A stretch of 60,158 nt of DNA, filler included, from Perkinsus olseni (taxonomy: Eukaryota), in the NCBI GenBank assembly GCA_013115125.1. It is 2 parts of 2 records of this genome, joined end to end, with 100 filler letters (N's around TTAATTAATTAA, not from the genome) between each part and the next. Parts side by side here need not be neighbours in the genome. Positions count along the whole stretch, not along the records: positions 1 to 30,042 come from JABANN010000427.1; positions 30,143 to 60,158 come from JABANN010000428.1. One strand, given 5' to 3'. Made by a program: the position numbers and the translations under genes. Positions within the stretch are counted from its first letter, which is position 1. Every line of letters begins with the position of its first letter. Below the pieces are notes generated by a model that searched no databases, was not told the origin of the DNA, and saw only the letters and a program-made list of their open reading frames with translations. Below, piece by piece: positions 26,800 to 39,600 of this stretch.

Positions 26800-29660
26800 G
26801 CGCTACCATCGTCGAGACAAGGTGAGCCTCCGGGACTGTTTGGCAGGGGTGAAATTGTCCTCGCAGATGAGGAAGAGGCATCGAGTTCAACTATTCGGTA
26901 ACATAGTCGACTCCAAAGGGACGGGCGATGAGCAATCACCGTAGAAAAAACGAGAAAGCCGCTGCCAGGGCCCTGCGAACGTGAAGTCAGGTTTCAATTC
27001 CGGCATCGCGCTGCCGACGGTGAAGTCACTGAAGGCCACATACCGGTGGGGTTCCGGTCGATGCTTCCTACTGAATCCGGCTCCAACCTTTACCTCACAG
27101 TGAGGGAAGGCCGCAAAGTGACACGCCCCGAGTAGGAGCGCACGATAGTAGCAAAGAACGCTTCACATAATGCACAGCAGATACTCAGTGAGTTGGCAGA
27201 GTCTGGAGAATGTCATAGCAGAGTTCAGTCCTTCTCTCGACGAGACGTGGATGAGGGTCGTTGGGTGGGTGAATCACACATACAAGTGGACTCGAGCATC
27301 CTTCGTGCTGATTCAAGATACTTGGAAAAGAAAGGGTTGGTATCCTTGGCCGAGCTTGAGTACCTCGACGCGGATCCCTTCGTTCTGTTCGGAATTGACG
27401 ACCCAGTAACACAGAAGGCACTTCGACGCTTACAAAATCAGGTTGTCCTTCACTGCACCACCGGAGACACCCCTAGTGAGTGTTGCTTTCGCACTCCCTT
27501 TTGTGAGCTCGACCTTTGCTAGGTGAAGAGGAGTGGATGCGCTACCTCTGCATGGACCCTGTGGCTGATGCTGATCACAAGTAGAGATCAAGGTCCGATC
27601 ATCACCATGCAACTGCCGCGTCCTCAGGTGGGTGATAGAGGCCTTCGCCGAAGCGGAGCTGCCATCACCATGGACCAGCTATAAAGGAATCGGCAGCATC
27701 GTTTGCTTCACAAACCCCGAGACGAGGGTACCGAAATGGTTGGCTCCCCATCGTATAAAGTAAGCTGCCGTTCAGGTCACTACTTGGCAGCACCCAATGC
27801 ATGACTATTTTCGGCAACTCTTGTCCTATTGCAAGTCGGCTGAGGACCTCGAGGATGTAGGGCATCACGCGGGGCGTGAGGATCGAACCTGCGCCTCGCC
27901 AGATCTTGAAAATTCGTGTTCACCGCCTCCTGTGGAGCTACGAGTTCATCCACTCGCATCCAGGAGCAGAAGCAGAGCCGCTCATCAGCCCTTCGCAATT
28001 GCGGAAACTGGGGACCATTTTCGGCGTCGACCTTGCCAAGGAAGGGCATCTCGTAAACACAACGTCTTCGTCCGGGTCGGCCAAGCAAGCTGTCTTGCAC
28101 AGGTGAGGGTCCTCAAAAGATTCCTCAAGATCTTCGCTGAAGAATACCAACAAAGGAACGACATATCCAAATCACAGTATGTGGAAGAACTGCTTCATCT
28201 TTCCGCGGGGGAAGTGGTCTCGCAGGGTCATCATCTGTGTCGATACTCTTTCCACCGAGACTGAGCGCTGGGAGGTTCTCAAGGATAATTGGGAAGACGT
28301 AGGGAGACTCTAAGATCAGCAGATGCAGCATCATCATGAGATCAGGCCCTCAGCGGTGGCCGAAATCACAATATAGATATACCAGCGTTGGCGAATGGTG
28401 AAGTGGCCTGCGTTGAGTGTCCTGATAAACCTGCGTTATCGTAAGCTCCTGTCGTTCGATCGGCATTCCCGCAGCAAGCTTCGCATAGGTACTGCCTCGA
28501 GTGTCGAGATCATACGTGCCTTGATTGCTTCAACAAGCTGCATCGGAAAGGACATCGTAGCCGCCATGCAGTCTTCAAACTCGTTCGTTGCAGCCTTTGT
28601 GAATCCATGCCGGCCAGGCTGCGGTAAGACACTCCTTCGAATGCCCGTAGAAGACTTTGTCCCCTTACTTTCCTTCAGATGCCAAGTTACCAACAAATCA
28701 TTCTGTCACGACTGTTACGCCATGAAGCACATTCATGTAAGCAGTCTTCTCAGCCGTGCTCCTTCCGACTAGATCGTCTCCTTAAACGCAGACCCTCTCT
28801 GCGCTCGAGAAAGAGATGCGACCGACATTGATAGACTATGTTTCACTCAAGGCCGACGTTCTGGGGAAAGCTTCTCAGGGTGACGTTGAACTCACTGAAA
28901 CCGGGGCTCTAGCTGAACGACAAGTGAGGAGATCCTTCCTCCCGCCCGCCAGCCCGTCACTTCCGTCTGCTTCAGTATAACGCTGGCACGTTGGGTATTC
29001 GTCGATCGAAGCGAAGCGTCGATAATACTGATCGAGACGGTAAAGGCGTTTTCCTTATGGATACGTCTCGATCTGATGATGATGAAGAAGAAGATTTACT
29101 GACATCTTCAATATTGGGTACGACATTACCGCCGCGGCGGTAGTGCCGCCGTTCTCGCGCCCTTGAGAGTATTTCTCATTAGGCTCTTACTGGCATCCCT
29201 TCTACGACTCCACTGGTATAATGTATTACTACAACTTCACCACCGGGGAGAAGATGCGACGATCCCCGGTGGACCCCAGCGCCCCTGGCAAAGGCGATGA
29301 TGATGAAACCAATGACGATGATGATAGTGATGATGATGATGAGTCTTCGTCACAGGGAATTGCGGCTGTTGTGTGATTTTGCAGCATGGTCCTTTGAGGC
29401 AATGATCGTGCGAGTGTAAGTAAACCAATGGGGAGGAGGGTCAGAAATTATTTCTCAGAATAATAACAATCGTCATCCAAGAAAGACATCCGCCTTGCCG
29501 CCCACAATCTCTCACGGATTTCAACTTGCTGAACGCCTATCTATATTACCGAGTTCGAGACCGTCATTTGCCGATACACGCCGAACTTGACGCCATTCCG
29601 TGAACTAAGGAAAACCTGCTACAAGAAGCAGATACACGATTTTCTTATTCGCCCTCACTG
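26800..29660 (+). CDS. WW + tandem B-box zinc finger + WW protein, CEP164-like N-terminal module (ends approximate)
   Basis: Spliced: WMRYLCMDPVADADHKWVIEAFAEAELPSPWTSYKGIGSIVCFTNPETR|VTTWQHPMHDYFRQL (WW1, ~27530-27820). B-boxes are CVECPDKPALS|YCLECRDHTCLDCFNKLHRKGHRSRH and LCESMPARLR|CQVTNKSFCHDCYAMKH. WW2 is YWHPFYDSTGIMYYYNFTTGEKMRRSP (~29185-29270), followed by an Asp tract. Confidence 0.8.
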
Positions 29661-30042
29661 ATTTGGGCTTGATCGGACGATCTGATCCGGATCGGACCTC
29701 AGCGATGGCTTGATTTCCAGAGCGCTACTGATTTCAGCGTCTTTTGAGATTATGAAGTAATATGCGCATCATCACGAAATCTTAGAATTCCTACTGATGA
29801 TGGATTATTATCACTTCTAATTGAGAACTCTCCCCAGGAATGTAAAGTACCGGTACGATCGATGTGTTTAACTCGTTCAATGATATGGATAACGTTCTGC
29901 GGCGATCGCAGAACCGGTTGGGAGTCCCAACCTGAGACAGGTATTCGTTACCTTAGCTGTCTTATCAAGTAATAGCTGGTCGCAAATACCATCCAACAAA
30001 ATGACTGCTTCGACGCCATCTGAGCCGTCATCGATAATCCTC

Positions 30043-30142
30043 NNNNNNNNNNNNNNNNNNNNNNNNNNNNNNNNNNNNNNNNNNNNTTAATTAATTAANN
30101 NNNNNNNNNNNNNNNNNNNNNNNNNNNNNNNNNNNNNNNNNN
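30043..30142. other. Artificial scaffold/contig linker (44 N + TTAATTAATTAA + 44 N)
   Basis: Symmetric 100-nt spacer carrying a six-frame stop cassette. The sequence to its right starts mid-gene (enolase). Confidence 0.95.
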
Positions 30143-30144
30143 TC

Positions 30145-30285
<141 letters not shown>

Positions 30286-32312
30286 TAAATATTCATTACT
30301 CTTCGTTATTGGTACTACGATGATGATGAGTTAATAGATTTTGGTAGATTATCATCATTACTCATGCTGCTGCTTTACTCGGCAACTTCCCCATCATTAC
30401 GACTGTCTTACACATTAATAATGATGACAACAACAACAGTGCATTTCGTGTTACAACGGAAAGTTCTCTTTAAGGATTGTGTTACTCAATAAGGTGCGTC
30501 ACATCATCGTACTACCCAGAAATGTCCGTAGCGCGTCCGAACTTGAGTGCCATTTGAGCAATTGGCATCCGAAATGAGATCAGGAGATGGGTCTTGCCCA
30601 ACTCGGGGGTGACAACTTCTCGCTTGAGTCAACTTCGTCCTGCGGGTGCCAGTACTGGCCCACAAGGACACCATAACCCTTGGATATTCCTCACTCTGCT
30701 AACTTACACATTCAATAGAATGCGGCTCCTGGTGACTCCGCAGCAGAGAGCAGTGTCTCGTCGTAGGTCGACTTGTCCCCAGACACGGCCGTCGCCGGAG
30801 GGACGCCATTTGTTCTTGTTCTTTACTTCTTGGTATTTTCTTTGGTATATTCCCCATATATCGTTCGTCAGTCGGACATCTTCAAGACGCCCGGAAAGCC
30901 AACTTTCCTACCAACACATCAGACTGAACCTTTCGATCTGCTCCACCTCCTCTCCTCTGTATCCTTAGACGTGCGTTCGCTAGCACTTTGGTTCCTCCCT
31001 TCTTCCGATGGTCCTTGCGAACTCCGGTGTCTCCCTATTGGAAAGAGCTATAGCGGCCCTTGAAGCACGCAGTTATTTCTCCTGTTTGATCGTGCCCCGC
31101 GTGGCAGACTAAAAGCCTCTCATCAGTAGTCTCTTTCACTGTTTAGGGCGAAAATTTTGAAGTTGAGTTCCTCAAAGTTGAGTCTGGGAAGCATCCCTCC
31201 GTCGAACCAGGTGAGGTTACCTCCGTCGGTTCCCCTCAGTTCGTCAGCATCCAAACGCCCATGACCATTCTGTCCCTACTCATCGCTCTGCTATTCTATA
31301 CAAGGGTTCCCGAACAAGGTGGTTCCCGAACAAGGGGAATGAAGGCCCGCATACGAGCCAGTGGTGGCTGAGCTCTAAAAAGTTTTGAGTAAAAACTGCT
31401 TTTTTGTAAAAACGCATCTCAGCAGTTTTGGAGGCCCAGTCTAACAATTTCCGGTGATGCGGCATTAATGATGCCCACCAGTATCAACTCCCCTGGAGAT
31501 GTGAACGAAGTCATGTACCGGCAGCGAGGCCGACCGTGTGAGGACAGCCTCTACAACCGTGAAGCAGCGAAACATCAACGGCCTAGCTAACGGTACAAGA
31601 CCCTATCTCTGCACACAAGTGCCTCAGTTGGTTTTGATCATCACATTTGGGGAAGATGGCTGCGCCCCCACGGAGACGCGTGAGTCGCGCCGTCGGATAC
31701 CCCTTCCAGTTTTATCCACCCTCTCTCCCCAAACCATGCATAACCGAGAGCGACAACCTCAGAGTGTAGGTGAGCTCGTCATCATCCAAGCGATGGGGCC
31801 AAGAGCTGGACGTGTCTAGTTGCTGTTGCCGTAGCGAAGTGTCTGGGCCGAGCACTCGGCGTTCATGCGTATGCGAGCGACTCGCAGCGAACCCGTGGTC
31901 GCGGTCCCGAGAGTTCCGTCTGTTTCGGTTTCAGGTTGTCAGGATTACTGAGTAATCATTACTCGCGTAGTGAACCCGACCCAAAAGATGTACTGCAACT
32001 CAGAAGCAACCAAACGTATAGATAATACCCAAGGCGACACGAGTCACCAAAGCTATACGATACGTCGACAAACCACGTCAGACAACTTATGTCGGACAAC
32101 TACGTCTGATTACGAAGCTACGAACGTAATCGATCTAGCAAAGCTTAGCTTGAAGCACCCGTCCCGCACTACACAAGTGCACAATTGTGCAGCGCTGTCC
32201 CGATTCCGGCCGAAACCCCACTTCACACCGTCACAAGGTTGCCTTCGCGTGGAACCGCGCTCGCCTCAGGTTCCGACACTGGTTCGCCCAACTGCCGCTC
32301 CCAACACAGAGT

Positions 32313-32829
32313 TTTAATTGATAACGAACATTTTCTCCGAGACCTCGATATGGATGGCGCCTTCCTCTTCCAGAATTGCTAGGTCTGAATGCTCCTATTA
32401 TAGGAGTTCTTGTAGTGATGATTTCACTNNNNNNNNNNNNNNNNNNNNNNNNNNNNNNNNNNNNNNNNNNNNNNNNNNNNNNNNNNNNNNNNNNNNNNNN
32501 NNNNNNNNNNNNNNNNNNNNNNNNNNNNATGATGGTTTGACTCAAATGAAATTATTTGAGGAACAAACTATTGTTTCTCAAACTCGCTCCGGCTCGATGA
32601 GGTTTAATTGATAACGAACATTTTCTCCGAGACCTCGATATGGACGGCGCCTTCCTCTTCCAGAATTGCTAGGTCTGAATGCTCCTATTATAGGAGTTCT
32701 TGTAGTGATGATTTCACTTAAGTATAGGAGTCCTATGCCTAAGTGAAATCGTCACCATGATGGTTTGACTCAAATGAAATTATTTGAGGAACAAACTATT
32801 GTTTCTCAAACTCGCTCCGGCTCGATGAG
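32313..32829 (+). repeat. Near-identical ~227-bp tandem duplication straddling an N gap (includes the left end of the hAT element)
   Basis: 32313-32428 plus 32529-32601 repeats as 32603-32829, with one visible substitution (T32355 vs C32645). Confidence 0.9.
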
Positions 32830-33738
32830 CGAATTCAGGAGAACTGAACTCAAACCAGTCATAGCACAAGGCCATCCGTCGCTCTTGTCACAAGGCCGAT
32901 GGATGACTAAGGCGGTGGTCATCCGGCTTCTGCCATCTCTGCCATGAGGCTCTGGCTATCATAGCCGGGCTATGGGACTAGCCGCTAGTCACTAGCGGAA
33001 GATCCTCTCGGGGTTCCGGCAGCTCCACCAGGAACAGTGGCAACGCTCTCAATCCTCTTGTGTGGTTGGGCTGGTCGAAAGCGCCGTCGTGGGGACGCAC
33101 CTCAGGGCCGAGCAGTTCGGAAGAAGATCGGCGGAAATGGGTGAGGACCTCCAGGGAGAATGCGGCGGAAGAAGTCTGGATTCCAGACTCTGGAACAAGG
33201 TCGGCGGCAAATGGTGAAGATCTCAGAGAAGTCCGACAAGAAGCAGTACGCGATTTGGCTAATCGAATTAGCCTTAGTCGCTCCCCTCTGCTCACTAACG
33301 TCTCTCCACCATGGCTACTACTACTGTTTTCTCGGTGCTTACTCCTCGAATCGGTTAGTTTTTCGAAATTCCCGATAACCTCGAGGGGTCCTGAGACTCA
33401 GGGCCTGAGTCTAGCAATCAGCTAGTCTTTCGGCTTCTAGTGAAGGCCTTTCACCCTATGGCTTAACCTTTCGGATCTTCCAGCTCCGTTTTCAACTGTT
33501 CTGGCACGAGCCAGGCCCTTGCCAATATAGGTCCAGTCATTTTGAGGCTCCACTAATGACATATGACCTATCATACTTCGGCGCGCAGTAAAGAGAGAGC
33601 GCGAGGGAGAGCTCCGTTGGAGTCACAACGCTACCTGAGGTTTGTAGGGTCCTTCTTTGAAGATGCTGAGTCAGCATTGCTGACATCTTCCACCGTTGAA
33701 AAAGCGGCTGCTCGAGTGAATCAGATGAGCCGCATCGC

Positions 33739-33824
33739 ACTCAGGGATATCGTGCCCGATGATGATCATCATCATCGGGCACGATATCCCTGAGTCCCTG
33801 ATTCCATCATCAGATGATGGAATC
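33739..33824. repeat. Two adjacent perfect palindromes (28-bp arms and 12-bp arms, each with a 1-nt centre)
   Basis: ACTCAGGGATATCGTGCCCGATGATGAT-C-ATCATCATCGGGCACGATATCCCTGAGT (33739-33795) and GATTCCATCATC-A-GATGATGGAATC (33800-33824). Confidence 0.95.
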
Positions 33825-34258
33825 CCGGAGAACACGGAAATCGTGAGTTCGTCGGGAATCTCGACTCGGGATGTAAGCTTCCGCTGAGCCTGCAGCTAAA
33901 TACTTAGTCGAACCGATCATAGGTTGCTATCCGTGCGGAAGGTGAAGACGATCCCACTCATTTGGAAAGGGCTGGGAACCACGGGAAGGAGGGGCGGCGG
34001 TGGGTCCCGGAGCGGAATTACGAGCGGTGCCTTTTGCTAGGGTGAGTGAGAATCCCACTGCGGGATTCATGAATAGTAAAGTAGATATGATAATGGGTAA
34101 GTGGCCATGACGCATCTCAGCCTGAGACGCGAGAGGGACATCGCATCCACTAGGTGTTGTGTGATCCTGCTGCACAAACATCAGAGTCTTGATGTGAGGT
34201 ACTTCGAGATTTCTGGGAATACAACGATATACGGGAACCCAAGTGTCCCAGCATGTAT

Positions 34259-34770
34259 CGATGGCCACTCGACTGTAGTGAATGTAGACAAAAACCTCAG
34301 CGAAGCATTTAACTCCGCAACCGATAGAGCTCATCAAAATTGAGTGAAGCGTTTCAACAACGCAGCTGAGGTCGTTCTAAACTTCTGTAGCAGAAGAGAG
34401 CGCAGTGACTTTGAATGTCTCTTTAGTTTGTGACATATTCGGAAGATGTGTGTCTCCCGGAAACTGCCTGGGCATGGCCTCGAACAAGGCCGCAGTTCGT
34501 GTTTCGCTGACAGCAATGCTCTCATTCGCTGTCGAAGACCTTGGGACGGCAGCGGAGAGACAAACAGACGAGGTGTTCGAAGCATTTCAGAGGAGACCTC
34601 CTGACGCAAGGTCGGACCGCACTGGAAGATTCTTCTGCCGTAAAAATATCTTCCAGCATATGACCTTGTCACGTCTTGGGCCAGCTGTGGTGAACTTCCA
34701 CTCCTCACAAAGGCAGCCCAACATCTCGCCGCTATCCCCGCTACTTTTGTTCGTGTGGAGAGAGTTTCCC
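34259..34770 (+). pseudogene. hAT transposase remnant
   Basis: W-ASCGELPLLTKAAQHLAAIPATFVRVERV (from 34677) matches the hAT C-terminal dimerisation motif (W..P.L...A...L.IPATS...ER.FS). A frameshifted RW-HST at 34259-34274 resembles the TRWNS motif. Multiple stops. Confidence 0.75.
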
Positions 34771-35436
34771 TCTCAGAGACTCAGACTGAGGCTCAGAGTC
34801 TGAGCGGGTCTTTGCCAAAGACTCTTTGGCCCGTAGTAGGAGAAGCAGACTCGGGGACAAGACCCTCCGAGTGTTGATGCTCCCACGACCACTAATTCAG
34901 AGCTGATATGAACTACCAAGTAGTTGAAGGTGTCGTTTCCGATGCTTCGTGAGTTAAAAGAAAGTTCCCACTGGAAACTTTTCAGACTGGTAATTCAATC
35001 AGGGCCGTAACGCCGTAAAGCGCCCACGGAGAGTCCTAACGTAGAGCGTGAGAAAACGTTATCAACGCGTTCCCATTCCTAGCTACCCATCTATATTTCT
35101 GCGAGAGTCGAAGCGACTACGGACTCTCGGAGTGGTCTTTGAGATCGCCCTTCAATGTGAATCATCCAACCGGCCATATGCCCGGCCTTATAGAAGTATT
35201 CGTGGACGGTATCTTCCCCGGAAAGTAGGTTTTTTCTTGTGCTGAGCACAAGAAGATTTAGATTACAACAATCTAAATCTAATCTAATATAAATCTAGTT
35301 AGATCACAACAAGATTTAGAGCACAATGTGCTCTAAATCACTCAGACCTGCAACTTTTCACACACAACTCCACAGAAGGAAGAAATGTCGTCGTTGATCA
35401 GTGCACATCATGCATCATCGCTTCAGCAGCCGTTCT

Positions 35437-36647
35437 CTAGCCATCATACTCCAACCATAAATTATTGGGGTCTTCCTCATCGCCACTGCTGCTTCTACCC
35501 CTCATGAGCTCAGCTACGGGTTTCTCGTTAACAAAGCAGTTAATTGCGTACTTCCTCACACCCCTTGGCGCCAGAGCTTCGTGAACCACTCTCTCGTCAG
35601 CCTCGCCGTTCTCCAGACAGTTAGGCCACACCAGGGCCGTACCAGCCTTTGGACGAATCTTCAGCCCCAAGGCCGGGAATAGCGTCTCACCACCAGCATC
35701 CCGAGAGATGTCGTTAAGAGTGACGAACACCGTCCACGGTCGGAAGGCGCCGTCGTGGTGCTGACCGAAGAATTCACCCGATTCGTATTTTAACATGTTG
35801 AGCCTTTCGACGTGGTCAGCTGGGAAGCCCACCACGCTGGCCACTCGGCGCTCAATCTCAGCAACGATATCATCCTGGGCATGCAGAAGCATGAATGAAC
35901 TTGACGTCCGTCCCTTCGAACGCTTATTCACGTATTTGTCGGTTTTCCCATCAGAAAGAGAGGAGCTCCTTCCCACCGTACTAGGCCGCCACTTCCCTTC
36001 GGCGAGGGAGATCATGTAACTGCATTCTTCTGCGGTGAGGAAGTCCGGCACGAGGCGGACCTTCGGCGATCGGCAGATAACATACGCGCTCAATCGCGTC
36101 ACTTTCTCCTCATCATTTCCGACAGCTTTGCTATTCTCATCAACCGCGGGAGAATCTTTCGCTCCGTCCAAGTCGCGCTTCAACCCAGCTTCAAAGATAT
36201 TCTTCTCCTCGGCCTTCCCCTCCTCCCTACCAACCATCTGCCGGGCAGTCTGCGGCCCCGGCTGTGGACTCCCCTGAAGACACCAACCGCTCTCCCGTCC
36301 ACGTCCGCTGTACCCCACCATAAACGGCATCGGCGATATCGATGGCATCCCTCTCGAAGGCAATGGCCCTACCAGGCTCGGCGCTCTGGCATGCTGCGGT
36401 GAGAAGAAAGCCTGCGGGGGGCCAATCGGACCTGGTCATTGACGATCGCTACGCAACGGGCTGGGCTTCCCTCACCCAGCGGGCAGCTCTGATGGAGTAC
36501 AGACTGCTGCCTTTGAGGGGTGCAGCCGCCCTGAGGAAGTGGCGGGCCTCCCAGCGTGACGGGGGTGTATCGGTAGGAGTTGTGGACGCCTTGGCCGAGG
36601 GGCTGAGGAGATCCACAGAGAATCGGGCTGCAGCGACACCGGAACAC
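35437..36647 (-). CDS. Prolyl 4-hydroxylase-like 2OG-Fe(II) oxygenase (5' end uncertain)
   Basis: Motifs SPKVRLVPDFLTAEEC, RTSSSF, ERLNMLKYESGEFFGQHHDG (HxD), GGETLFP, PKAGTALVW, VVHEA (distal His) and KYAIN (2OG Lys). A short intron near 36435-36396 joins an upstream exon in frame (..VNDQ|HARAPS..). Confidence 0.9.
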
Positions 36648-39600
36648 AGGTTCGGTGGAAAATCATCTTCACAACTGCCGAAGTATTTTCCGAAAATATC
36701 TCGCCAGCTGACAACAGTCAAGAAGACTACCGCGAAAATCATCTTGCATTTTCACCATGTCAATTGAGATCAACTATGATAAACCTGTGGTGGCGCACTC
36801 GATCAGATGGATACCTTTCTTCCACTTACCGCGACCCCGACCGGTGCCGAGACCCCTCTCTGCGGCTGCGGGGACGCTTGGTTCTGATCATGATACGCTC
36901 AGTCCACCACCGAAGCCCCTTCCCTTCACCTACCTGCATAGGGGACATCGGATACAGGGGTGGCCTACCGTAACCAGGCTGAGGGAGGGGCGACAGGCCC
37001 GGTGGTTGGGGAGAGAACGGCAGCATTGAGATGGCAGTAGCAGGTGAATAGCGTACAGCGAGGAAGCATGCACGAGCTGTTTGCATTCCAAGGGTGTGGA
37101 ATGATTTCTACTTCGTCACTCGACAGAAGAGGCGAAACGGGAAGGGGCAGAACGACGACGGTCACCTATAGAATTACTATTGCCTGCAAAATGGAGCACT
37201 AAAATGACCGAGAACGTGACCGCGGTAAGGCAGCTCGCAACTCCACAACTAAGCCAGAATCACCCAATCGATCGAACGATCGATTTGACATTGACTGAAC
37301 TCATATCTCCTCACTTTCGATAATACTTATACCAGAATCGCTCACAGGCTGCCGTAGCTAATAATATCAATACTGAAAAAAGTATCCAATTTACTCGTCA
37401 TCAACCAGCATGAACCATGACGAAGATGAACCTTGCGTGATATTACCCTGAAAAGATGACCCTCTTCCCCACAACCATCATCGTATCGATTCTGAGGTTA
37501 CCTGGCATTTGCAGTACCGCTGGTCAGGGACCTTGTTCAGGTTGATAACGGCTGGCGGTACACTAGCCGATAAAGACGTGAGGACCTCGGAGTTCGGCCT
37601 GAGCTGGGGAATTTCGCGCGCGCCCATTTGATCGATTTGCGTTACCATAATATGTCGAATGATATGGTGCCCGTAACGGTTAATACCAAATCTTTATCTG
37701 AATGAATACGCAGAATAAAAAAAGAATCTTGGGCACCCGCGATGTGCACGGATCGAGCTAAGATACCAACACCCGGCATTACTCCATTTGTAGTCTATCA
37801 GCATCTCCGCTGCTCGGTCCAGCGCGTTGTAGGTGATCAGACCGAGACCGTCAGAAACGTAGCCACCCGGAGCTGACCACGAGAAGGCAAATCAAACTCA
37901 TGGCGGACATCCCAGTGGAAGAATGACAGGAGAATCCTCTTGGGAAGTACGCGAGAGGGAATAATATCCTAACTCGTCCAGTTTGTGTAAGAAGAAAGTA
38001 TCCATCCAGTTAACGCGCTTCTAGATGACCCGGAGTGCACCTCACTCAAGGAGACCGTTCAGTTCCCTGTGGCGAGATTATCAACCACCATGACGCGAGC
38101 ACCAGGGCAGTGTAAAGCGGGAGATGGTTCTCAGTGCAAATTCTGTCAACTATTTTCGGCCGACCATCCGTTATTATTATATGAAATGAGTACGAGAAGC
38201 TCGACGAGCGTTCGAGTGAATATTACCAGCGAAATTGTGGAGGGCCATCGTGCCAATCTCGGCTCCCTTATAGTAGATGTTACCCGATAAATGGTTGATG
38301 CTGATGGCAGAAGGGAATGGTGGTGGACGTGAATGGGAGGGGTACTACCGCACGCCGAGCCTGTTGGGGTTATAGACAGATACCAAAGATTCCATCTCGA
38401 TGTCGGTCTTCACTAGAGCGCTCTCAACGACCATCGCTAATGTCCTGTTCCATACCAACTCAATCTGAACGCATGGAAGAATGATGCAAGGAGCAGCGTG
38501 ATAACTAATAATAATCAAATACTAAGCCCAGTAGAAATATCTTCAACATTTCACAAGAAATTCGCACCGCCAATCGCGAAAAAGATTCCCAAGATTCATA
38601 CTGCAGCCAGCGAGGTCGAAAAATGAACCCCCACCCCCACCCCCTAGCGAAGGCCTACATTGCAGTAGTTGACGACCGGCTGATGCGGCCATACAGCTGC
38701 TACCACACCACTGCCAACTAACAGGAGGATCCTGAGAGAAAGAGGAAATGATGCCCCGAGGTGAGGAGGTATTACCGTCTTCGAGATCTACTGGCCCAGA
38801 CACCATCACACCAATGATCTAGTTGTTGACTTTGTTATATTCTAAGATGACCGATTTAAGAGGAGCCAGAGAAAAACCATAACCGTGATCTAACGACGTT
38901 TTGATGAATCCCAATGGTAAAACCATTGCTTCTTCCGACTTCGTGAAAATTTCAAGTCAGAGCGTTTATCAGCGGGTAAAAAAACTCTGAAGCCTTCCCA
39001 TTCCTACATTCCCACAGCCCAACAGCATCCCAAGGTCTTGTAAAGACACGAAGCACAGGGGTCCAGTAGCGAGGCGAGGGACAGGTAGTCGTAGCCGCGA
39101 GCACGCTCATCGAGGTCAGCCTCGTCATCACTCGCAGTACCACCACGCAGTAGATAATCGTCCGCTGAAAATGGGTAAATTATTCCGACCCGGCGATGGA
39201 CTCTCTGCACCTCCTTCCGAGCGCTGCCTTCGCCTTGCTCTCCCGCTCCTCTGTAGTTCTCTGTCAAGTTGATTAGCCCGGGCGACAGCATTCTGAGTGG
39301 AAACATATCACGCATGACGCGGAAATTTCCACCAAAAATTTCCGAGAAAATTTTTCCTGGGAACCCAAAAACCGTAGTCAGAACGACGACCTCCCAGTTG
39401 ATTCGAGAATGACGCTTTTACGGAAGAAAACAAAAAATTTTCAAATTCATGTGTAATTTTATCGCTGACATAGCAGCTTCTTAAAGTTAACCATGCTAGC
39501 CCAAGACAGAAAAAAGATATCTTCACCGCTCCGTCGTGGCGGCGCTCAATAGATATTATCATCCCCATGCATGCTCACCTTCATTCGCCGACAACTGAAG

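Larger units (their letters stand above)
32670..35350 (+). mobile_element. Decayed hAT-superfamily DNA transposon (~2.7 kb)
   Basis: Imperfect TIRs TAGGTCTGAATG (32670-32681) and CAGGTCTGAGTG (reverse complement of 35339-35350). Each is followed inward by a hairpin and TCTTGT(A/T)GTGAT. Internal transposase remnants are present. No 8-bp TSD could be seen. Confidence 0.75.

Noticed and set aside
30043-30142. TTAATTAATTAA as a biological motif, or linkage between the WW/B-box gene and enolase
   Set aside because: It is a synthetic six-frame-stop linker within symmetric N padding, so the two sides need not be adjacent in the genome.
31500-32310. Possible LTR retroelement remnant (TGTCAGG... at ~31937)
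   Set aside because: No second LTR, PBS, PPT or gag/pol motif could be identified.
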